DNA of 53,668 bases, taken from a virus. Its lineage: Duplodnaviria; Caudoviricetes. Position numbers and translations under genes: made by a program. Positions 47,566 through 53,541 of this stretch are shown here, one piece after another (position 1 is the first letter of the stretch; each line of letters starts with the position of its first letter). The stretch lies in IMG/VR virus record IMGVR_UViG_3300043778_000094, positions 1-53,668 of that record. One strand, 5' to 3'. The notes beneath the pieces are model-generated. The model saw only the letters and a list, made by a program, of their open reading frames with translations. It was not told where the DNA came from and ran no database searches.

Positions 47566-48372
47566 GTATTCGCGCACCCGCAAATCGCGGGGCCATTCTT
47601 CTGGGTCGGCGCCAGCATAATGCACGGTCGACAACGACCGATCATCGTCACGGGCGATCGACCCCAATTGCTTCATAAACACCGGCACGGCGGCCGCCTG
47701 ACAGCGCCGGATCATAAGTCGGGCCCAGGCGATATCAAACGATCGCGCTCGCTGCCGCGGTCGCCCGCTTTCGCCGCCGATCACTACCCAGCCCGTCCCC
47801 GTCGGGTCGCGATCGATCATCTCGAGCTGCGGCTCGACCGAGATCCACGGGACTTCGGTCGGCAGCCGGCTAAGCCACGGCACGCGTTCGTCCCAACGGC
47901 GCTGATCCTCGGCCGAGACGCCGAGCCAGATGCCGGGGTGCGCCGTCGTCGCGCCGATCTGCGCCAACAACCCAGCGAGATTGTCGGGTCGCTTGGTCAA
48001 CACCTGGAAGACATGCCCACGGGCGCGCTGCGCCGCCGTCATCGCCTCCCAGATGCGGGCAAACCATTCGCGCGGCATGTCGTCGTGGGCCAGGTCGGAC
48101 ATGCTGTTGACGAAGATCATGCGCGGTCGCGCCCAGCGCATGGGTTGCGTCAGCGCCGCTTCCCAGAAGCGCAATTCCCCGGTCCACACCGGGCCTCCCT
48201 TGGTGTTGCGCGTCAAACCGCGATATTTGGCGGACGCCGGCCCCCCAAAGCCGGCGATCCGTGCAGCTTCGCGCATCGCGTAACAATGCGTACACCCGGG
48301 CGAAATCACCGTGCATCCGACTGTCGGGTTCCACGTCGACTCGGTCCAGGCAATCGCGGTGTCGCGTGCCAT
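47557..48372 (-). CDS. Phage Gp37/Gp68 (DUF5131) family protein
   Basis: IAWTESTWNPTVGCTVISPGCTHCYA, IFVNSMSDL, FQVLTKRP, WVVIGGESG and VPVFMKQLG motifs. Confidence 0.93.
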   Translation of the reverse strand: MARDTAIAWTESTWNPTVGCTVISPGCTHCYAMREAARIAGFGGPASAKYRGLTRNTKGGPVWTGELRFWEAALTQPMRWARPRMIFVNSMSDLAHDDMPREWFARIWEAMTAAQRARGHVFQVLTKRPDNLAGLLAQIGATTAHPGIWLGVSAEDQRRWDERVPWLSRLPTEVPWISVEPQLEMIDRDPTGTGWVVIGGESGRPRQRARSFDIAWARLMIRRCQAAAVPVFMKQLGSIARDDDRSLSTVHYAGADPEEWPRDLRVREYPV

Positions 48373-48388
48373 GTGTTTCTCCCCCCCG

Positions 48389-48417
48389 TTGACAAATTTG
48401 CTAAAAACCCCCAATAT
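48389..48417 (+). promoter_or_regulatory. Putative promoter of the antisense sRNA
   Basis: TTGACA, N17, CAATAT; predicted start site ~48424-48425. Confidence 0.55.
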
Positions 48418-48424
48418 CCGCGCC

Positions 48425-48487
48425 GAAGACGTGAGTCTTCATTGCAGAACTGGGGGGCCGTCCTGATTGGGGCGGCCCCCACTTTTT
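48425..48487 (+). ncRNA. Putative trans-acting sRNA antisense to the shared SD box
   Basis: GAAGAC-GUGA-GUCUUC hairpin, single-stranded AUUGCAGAACU, then an 11-bp terminator stem (48453-48480) and T5. Confidence 0.65.
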
Positions 48488-49781
48488 ACGCTGCCTCGTC
48501 AGAAGCGGTCTCGGGAAAGACTTCGCTGACTGACTTATCGCCCTCGCCGGGAACGACTTTATCCGGCGACAACACGGTTTCGACCTGGCGCCAATCGAGG
48601 CAGCGCGTGGCCGCCACTTCCGGCGTCAAACCGCCTTCCCACCAGCTGTCGAGCGGCACGCCGTCGGCGAGTTGGTGGATCGTCAAGCCGGCATTGTCAC
48701 GCGACAACACGGCGTTGACATCGGCGAAGAATTTTGCCCTCGCCTTTTTCGCGGGCGCGCCCTTGAGCTTGGCTCGCTGGGCGACGCGCGTGGTGTCGCC
48801 GTCGTCTGTCGTTTCGGCCTCGTCCTCATCAAGCAATTGAGGCGATGGTGCCGGCGCAGGTAACGCGGTCTGAGGCTGCGTACGGGTTATCAACGTGTTG
48901 ATCCGCTGATCGTAATCCTCGATCTTTTTCTGCAGCAGCCGATTGTTCGGCATTTTTTCGAGCCGCGCCATGGTGCGCGTGCGATTGGCCCGCAAAGCGC
49001 CAATTGTCCCGGTGATTGCCGGGTTCAATATGCGCGCTTGCTGCGGCGCCAACGCCTGATCTCTGAGCCCCATCACGGGCATCAACGCCAACACCGCCCC
49101 CGGGCATCCGGGGAACATAATCAACGTTGGCTTGTCATCGCCCGCGCCGAAGACCTGCACGGTCGGCGACTCGAGCAATTTCGCGAGATCAGCGACACCC
49201 TTGAGATAGGCCGCTTGATAGCCGGTACTTTCGAGGTCCAGTGTTTCGCGCGACGACAGATTGATGCTGGCGAACATGCCGTCGTAAGCCGGAAAGTCGC
49301 CTTCGACTGGGAACAGACGAAAGGTGACATTGTCGTGAGGATCCGACAACAACAGGCGCGGCGCGCCAGTCCCATACGAAATCACGGCGGAGTCGCCGCC
49401 GAGCTTTTCGATCATCATCAACTGTTCTCTGAACAGAGCGAGCGGCACCGTTATTCCCTTTCCGAGCCAACCGGGCAGCGTTGCTGACCCGCTTGGGATC
49501 GAATAGGCGAATAAGCGATGACCGTCGGTCGCGCTGACACGGACTTCGCCTTCGCGCGTGGCGATGTTGACGCCCTGGAGATTTTCCGGGACGTCTTTCT
49601 TGTCGCCGTTGACATCGGTGGTTTTGGCACCGGTGCAGCTGATCGCTGCCTTGAGCGCGAGCACGGGGATGGCGATCGGCTCAAGCGCCGCCACCGACTC
49701 CACGACCGCCTCCTCGACAACGTTCTCGGCAGCGCCGTTCGACGGCGCCACTTCGCGCGAAGTGCTTTTCTTGGTTCGCAT
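48486..49781 (-). CDS. Beta sliding clamp (DnaN)-like protein with terminal extensions
   Basis: LQGV..ATDGHRL, GITVP, EGDFPAY, GYQAAYL and LALMPV resemble clamp domains 2-3. Confidence 0.75.
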   Translation of the reverse strand: MRTKKSTSREVAPSNGAAENVVEEAVVESVAALEPIAIPVLALKAAISCTGAKTTDVNGDKKDVPENLQGVNIATREGEVRVSATDGHRLFAYSIPSGSATLPGWLGKGITVPLALFREQLMMIEKLGGDSAVISYGTGAPRLLLSDPHDNVTFRLFPVEGDFPAYDGMFASINLSSRETLDLESTGYQAAYLKGVADLAKLLESPTVQVFGAGDDKPTLIMFPGCPGAVLALMPVMGLRDQALAPQQARILNPAITGTIGALRANRTRTMARLEKMPNNRLLQKKIEDYDQRINTLITRTQPQTALPAPAPSPQLLDEDEAETTDDGDTTRVAQRAKLKGAPAKKARAKFFADVNAVLSRDNAGLTIHQLADGVPLDSWWEGGLTPEVAATRCLDWRQVETVLSPDKVVPGEGDKSVSEVFPETASDEAA

Positions 49782-49817
49782 AATGGGTCTCCATTGCAGG
49801 TATCGGGAAATTAGCTT

Positions 49818-49878
49818 CCCGTGACGCGCGGGCGAGCCGCGCGTTTCGGCCCGGTGCTACCGGGCCTCGTCAGACGGG
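49818..49878 (-). ncRNA. Hammerhead ribozyme HH2 (type I), identical to HH1
   Basis: 49814-49878 is an exact 65-bp copy of 47501-47565; GUC cut after 49823. Confidence 0.95.
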
Positions 49879-49879
49879 T

Positions 49880-50143
49880 TTAGTGATGTAGTAATTGCGC
49901 GATTTGCGTTAATTGGCCGCTGATGTCGCCGAGCCGACCGTTCATGCTGACAATCATGCCAAGAACTGCGATCGTGGCGGCGGCATTCGCGCCGACCGCC
50001 CAAATCAACATTGTCAGCTTTCCTTCGACGCCGAGCAGCCGCTTTTCATAATCGGCAAGTTCTTCTGCGGCTTTGTCGGCTTTGTCGGTCGAAGCGCCAG
50101 CGTCCAGCAACGCATCGCGTAATGCGCCGAGTTGCAACGCCAT
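49880..50143 (-). CDS. Small coiled-coil/TM protein (DUF1640-like)
   Basis: LRDALLDAGAS.DKA..AAE..then a TM segment; CAATGGAGG SD. Confidence 0.65.
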   Translation of the reverse strand: MALQLGALRDALLDAGASTDKADKAAEELADYEKRLLGVEGKLTMLIWAVGANAAATIAVLGMIVSMNGRLGDISGQLTQIAQLLHH

Positions 50144-50159
50144 GTTGCCTCCATTGTTG

Positions 50160-50375
50160 TCAGCCGAGATATAGCAACAATTCCTCGGCGCCGAACACCT
50201 GTTCGACACCGCAGCTGTCGCACGTGTAGTTGCGAGCGTCGGGTTCGCAACCGTCGGCCTCTTCGCCGCAAATCAGGCAAAAGCCGGGGTTATCGAGTTC
50301 CGTCATCTCGCGTTCGACTGCCTCCATCACGCGTTCAGCGGTGATCGAAGCGTGCCACAGCTTGCGCGCTAGCAT
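50160..50375 (-). CDS. Small zinc-ribbon protein
   Basis: GFCLICG..CEPDARNY.CDSCG..VFGAEE. Confidence 0.75.
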   Translation of the reverse strand: MLARKLWHASITAERVMEAVEREMTELDNPGFCLICGEEADGCEPDARNYTCDSCGVEQVFGAEELLLYLG

Positions 50376-50575
50376 GACCGGCACTCCGGGTAGAGTTGCA
50401 GACGGGTCGAGCGCATCGCCGGCACGCCGTGGCGGCCGAATTGACGCCGCCAGGCAGCAAGTTCCTCGTTCGATACGGCAAAGCGGATCGAAGCCTCGGC
50501 GATCGACAACAAGTCGTAATCGATCGCCAGCAACAACACCGCTTTGCGTTGCGGCGACCAACGATCAGTGGCCAT
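50369..50575 (-). CDS. SciP (DUF1153)-like CtrA-inhibitor homologue
   Basis: RWSPQRKA.LL.AI...LLSIAEA..RF.VS.EEL.AW.R....HG..AMR.TRLQ.Y follows the SciP pattern RW..RKA.VV.AV.GGLLS.EEA..RY.L..EEF..W.....HG..GLR.T..Q.Y. Confidence 0.8.
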   Translation of the reverse strand: MATDRWSPQRKAVLLLAIDYDLLSIAEASIRFAVSNEELAAWRRQFGRHGVPAMRSTRLQLYPECRSC

Positions 50576-50756
50576 TGTTCGGGACCATGACGTTGAGCGC
50601 CAACTTGACGCCGGGGCGCTTGCACTCGACTGGCACTATCCCGTGGGTCGAGGCGATCAGCTTGGTTTTGCCGGTCTTCGACGTGACGCCGCGGGCGGTC
50701 AGATCGCAGGTGATTACGAGCTTGTCGCCCGTCACCTTGATCTCGACGTTTTCCAT
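50565..50756 (-). CDS. Small beta-rich basic protein
   Basis: MENVEIKVTGDKLVITCDL..SKTGKTKLIASTHG; follows HH3 and the SD box. Confidence 0.8.
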   Translation of the reverse strand: MENVEIKVTGDKLVITCDLTARGVTSKTGKTKLIASTHGIVPVECKRPGVKLALNVMVPNNGH

Positions 50757-50792
50757 AAGGGTCTCCATTGCAGGTGGTACGGAATTGGACTT

Positions 50793-50853
50793 CCGCGACG
50801 TCCCGACTTGTGTCGGGACGTTTCGTCCCCTGTCACGGGGACTCGTCAGGCGG
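50793..50853 (-). ncRNA. Hammerhead ribozyme HH3 (type I)
   Basis: ccgc CUGACGA gucccc-gugaca-ggggac GAAA cgucccgac-acaa-gucgggacg UC/gcgg; cut after 50797. Confidence 0.95.
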
Positions 50854-50856
50854 GGA

Positions 50857-51066
50857 TTAATCCCAGGATCGGGATTTGCCGTAAGTGTCGCGGATGAGGA
50901 TTTTCGTCCCGAAGTCGCGCGAACGCGCCTCGGTGGCGAAGGCCTGAACCTCCTTCTCGTCCTCGCATTGCGCGTGGTCGAGCAGTTCGAGCCCGTCACG
51001 GCTCAACACCGTGACTTGCCATTTGACCCTGCTGCCGCGTGGCGGCACATATTGGCGACGTGCCAT
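50857..51066 (-). CDS. Hypothetical protein
   Basis: 69 aa starting MARRQYVPPRG; bounded by HH4 and HH3. Confidence 0.75.
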   Translation of the reverse strand: MARRQYVPPRGSRVKWQVTVLSRDGLELLDHAQCEDEKEVQAFATEARSRDFGTKILIRDTYGKSRSWD

Positions 51067-51100
51067 GATGGTCTCCATTGCAGAAGTGCGGATTTTTTGT

Positions 51101-51160
51101 ACCGCTACGCCCAGCTTGCGTTGGGCGTTTCGCTGGGGTCTCACCAGCTCTTCAGGCGGT
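51101..51160 (-). ncRNA. Hammerhead ribozyme HH4 (type I)
   Basis: accgc CUGAAGA gcugg-ugagacc-ccagc GAAA cgccca-acgcaagc-ugggcg UA/gcggu; GUA cut after 51106. Confidence 0.93.
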
Positions 51161-51448
51161 TTGTGCTGCCAACGCGTCCTCGAGGGCCTTCTTGGCAACT
51201 GGGTTGGTGAACGTCGCGACGCGAGCCGCGAGCCGGGTCCGATTGGCCCGACGTGCAGCCTCGTGACGATCGCACGGGACGCTCGAACGCACGCGACGCG
51301 CCGGCGCATCGGCCAGTTGCGCGTCATAGTGCGCCAGCGCCTCAACAACCGCTGCTTTCGCGACGGCGTTGGTGAAGGTTTCGCCCTTCTGGGCCAGCCG
51401 GGTACGATTTGCGCGCACGGCTGCGAAGTGCATCACTGACTTTGTCAT
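51152..51448 (-). CDS. Hypothetical protein with two RANRTRLA repeats (paralogue A)
   Basis: Internal duplication; stop codon is the UGA of the HH4 core. Confidence 0.8.
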   Translation of the reverse strand: MTKSVMHFAAVRANRTRLAQKGETFTNAVAKAAVVEALAHYDAQLADAPARRVRSSVPCDRHEAARRANRTRLAARVATFTNPVAKKALEDALAAQTA

Positions 51449-51486
51449 CGTGGACTCCATTGCAGAAAAGGGGTGCGGTCGAAAGT

Positions 51487-51542
51487 ACCGCGACCAGCCT
51501 TGTGGCTGGTTTCGCCCGGATTTCACGGGCTCATCAGGCGGT
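51487..51542 (-). ncRNA. Hammerhead ribozyme HH5 (type I)
   Basis: accgc CUGAUGA gcccg-ugaaauc-cgggc GAAA ccagcc-acaa-ggcugg UC/gcggu; cut after 51492. Confidence 0.95.
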
Positions 51543-51742
51543 TACGCGACAGTGATAACGACGTTGTCGCTGTCGCCGTTCGACCCGGTGTCGAGGTCAT
51601 AGCGACCGACACGGATCAACGCGTCGAAGATGATTTCTTCGTCGTCGTCTAACATGTTGACGGCGATTACATCGAACAGCGGGGCTGTTTCGGACGAACC
51701 ATCGGAGAAAGTCAGGCAGACGATCGTTGAACGGGTGATCAT
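51542..51742 (-). CDS. Small acidic hypothetical protein
   Basis: 66 aa starting MITRSTIV, containing LDDDEE; bounded by HH6 and HH5. Confidence 0.75.
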   Translation of the reverse strand: MITRSTIVCLTFSDGSSETAPLFDVIAVNMLDDDEEIIFDALIRVGRYDLDTGSNGDSDNVVITVA

Positions 51743-51766
51743 CGTGGGCTCCATTGCAGAGAGTTA

Positions 51767-51824
51767 CCGCTACGCCCAGCAAGCGCTGGGCGTTTCGCCC
51801 GAATTTCACGGGCTCGTCAGGCGG
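51767..51824 (-). ncRNA. Hammerhead ribozyme HH6 (type I)
   Basis: ccgc CUGACGA gcccg-ugaaauu-cgggc GAAA cgcccagc-gcuu-gcugggcg UA/gcgg; cut after 51771. Confidence 0.95.
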
Positions 51825-52086
51825 CTTGTGACAGCGCGTCTTCGATCGCCTTGCGGGCGATTTCGTTGGTGAACTTCGAAGCGCGAACTGCGAGCCGGGT
51901 GCGATTTGCCTTGACAGCTGCGAGGTGCCGATCGCACGGGGTGGGCACATTGTGCAGCGCGTCGAAAATCGCGACCGCTTCGGAAATCGCCTTGCGTGCG
52001 ACTTCGTTGGTGAACGAATTCGACTTGGCAGCCAGGCGGGTCCGGTTTGCGCGGATCGCAGCGATATGGCGGATCGTGTTGGTCAT
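51817..52086 (-). CDS. Hypothetical protein with two RANRTRLA repeats (paralogue B)
   Basis: Internal duplication; stop codon is the UGA of the HH6 core. Confidence 0.8.
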   Translation of the reverse strand: MTNTIRHIAAIRANRTRLAAKSNSFTNEVARKAISEAVAIFDALHNVPTPCDRHLAAVKANRTRLAVRASKFTNEIARKAIEDALSQAA

Positions 52087-52122
52087 CGTGGGCTCCATTG
52101 CGATAGGGTTTCGGGTTGATTT

Positions 52123-52176
52123 CCCGTGAGCGCTTGTGCGCTTTCGTCCCGGCATCACCGGGCCTCGTCAGACGGG
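52123..52176 (-). ncRNA. Hammerhead ribozyme HH7 (type I)
   Basis: cccgu CUGACGA ggcccgg-ugaug-ccgggac GAAA gcgc-acaa-gcgc UC/acggg; CUC cut after 52128; one G/A mismatch in stem II. Confidence 0.88.
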
Positions 52177-52529
52177 TTGCGATCAAGCGCGCGTCATTTC
52201 TGACGCGCGCTCGCTCGTTTCGTTTGCAAGTGGAGATCCTGCAATGAGCCGCGCTATCTGGCAGCGCGGGTGCATTCCTTCGATTTTGTCGTGTCCGAAA
52301 CCCGAAGTGGGTCGCCTGTGGGGGGCCTGCCGGGGAGCTTCAGGCGCTAGTGCGCGCTTTCGAGCTTTCCTACCCGATCCCGATCCGTCAGCCCGGGGAA
52401 TGATATGGTTGGCTGACTTTGCAATCCTTCGAAGCTGGGTCGCGCCTGGATTGCTTCGCGCGTCCCTTGGAAGTCTTGTTTCGTTTCGCGTTTCGCTTCG
52501 TCCTTCTGTCGTTTCGTCTTACACACATG

Positions 52530-52577
52530 AATATAAGCTATTCGCCGGGCTTCTCAAGAGATTTTTTCCACTTTTCC
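52530..52577 (-). promoter_or_regulatory. Putative promoter driving the ribozyme array
   Basis: TTGAGA (52557-52552), N16, TATATT (52535-52530), with A-tracts upstream (UP-element-like). Confidence 0.65.
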
Positions 52578-52917
52578 GGGCGTTTGTACTCGTTTTCGGA
52601 AGTACTTGAGAAACCAACCGCATCCGCACGTTGAAACACGCCGCAAGCGGAGTGCGTCATCCTGTCGCAGTCCGCTTGTTGCGTGCATCTTGCATGCGAG
52701 GTCGCGCGATGGGGGGTCGCAAAGTCGCGTCAGATCGCGCTGGGCGCGTCGCTGGCGCGCGAAAGCGCTTCGCACGTAGGGCAGCTTAGGGCGCGTCATC
52801 ACGTGCCCCAGGACGCGTCCCTGTCGATTTGCGTCGTCGCGCGAGATCGCGACGTGGTTCTCGCGTGTTGGTAGAAAACGGTTTACGGACGACCGTTTTT
52901 GCGGCTAAGCTTCGCGC

Positions 52918-53478
52918 ATGAAAGGCATGCGGCCGGGACAAGGCGGCTTCACGTTCGACGCCACGGTGTTTCTGGGGAACCTCGAAGCATTGGCCCCGCC
53001 GAAGTCTGATCCCGCGGTGGCGCTGGCGCTGGTCGACACCGCCAAGGCCAGCATCACCAAAGCGGCGCAATTGATCGCCAAGCGCACCGGGCTCAAGAGC
53101 GGCACGGTCAAGGCGCGACTGTCTTATGACTCGGTGCGGGTCGGCGATTATCAGGCGACGATCCGCTCATCACGCAAGCCGATCCCGCTCTACGACTTCC
53201 CCGGCACGGCGCAGACCGGCGCAGGGGTGCGCACGCGCGCCTGGGGCAAGAGCCAGGTCATCCGCTCGGCGTTTATCGCCAACATGCGGTCCGGGCACCG
53301 CGGCGCTTATCGCCGCCGAACGCGTCGCCGCCTGCCGATCAAAGAATTGTGGGGACCGACTATTTATGGCACCTTCGCCACGCCGGAAGTGCAGGGCCTG
53401 ATCCGCTCAACTATGCAGGATCGTTTGAGGACAGCGCTTCTCCGGCGTCTCGCGGCGGCCCAGCGCCGCCGACGATGA
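52918..53478 (+). CDS. Minor tail/neck protein, lambda gpZ-like
   Basis: Basic protein with AFIANMRSGHRG.Y.R...RLPIKELWGP motif. Confidence 0.8.
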   Translation: MKGMRPGQGGFTFDATVFLGNLEALAPPKSDPAVALALVDTAKASITKAAQLIAKRTGLKSGTVKARLSYDSVRVGDYQATIRSSRKPIPLYDFPGTAQTGAGVRTRAWGKSQVIRSAFIANMRSGHRGAYRRRTRRRLPIKELWGPTIYGTFATPEVQGLIRSTMQDRLRTALLRRLAAAQRRRR

Positions 53479-53482
53479 CAAA

Positions 53483-53515
53483 GGGCCGGTTCTCACTGTG
53501 ACTGAGAACCGGCCC
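53483..53515. terminator. 13-bp perfect hairpin
   Basis: GGGCCGGTTCTCA-N7-TGAGAACCGGCCC right after the gpZ-like stop; only short T-tracts. Confidence 0.55.
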
Positions 53516-53541
53516 CGATTGCTTGCTCCACCCCGTTCGCG

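Larger units (their letters stand above)
1..53541. mobile_element. Complete temperate phage genome (lambda-like head, Mu-like contractile tail), circular/excised form
   Basis: Full set of head, tail, lysis, integration, immunity, replication and packaging genes; terminal 127-bp overlap; an intact attP-like site; no host housekeeping genes. Confidence 0.95.

Noticed and set aside
48494-48508. CUGACGAG near the end of the clamp-like gene as an eighth hammerhead
   Set aside because: No stem II, GAAA or stem III follows; it is coding sequence (SDEAA).
51736-51754. AUG inside the CUGCAAUGGAG box as the true start codon
   Set aside because: It is out of frame for the clamp-like and KlcB-like genes and lacks its own SD; GGAG is better placed as the SD for the downstream AUG.
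47478-52176. Repeats in the leftward operon as a CRISPR array or integron attC sites
   Set aside because: Spacing is gene-sized and irregular, there is no cas1/cas2 or integron integrase, and the repeats fit the hammerhead consensus fully.
52700-52730. GGGGGGTCGCAAAGT as a cos site
   Set aside because: Only a loose resemblance; it cannot be supported without terminus data.
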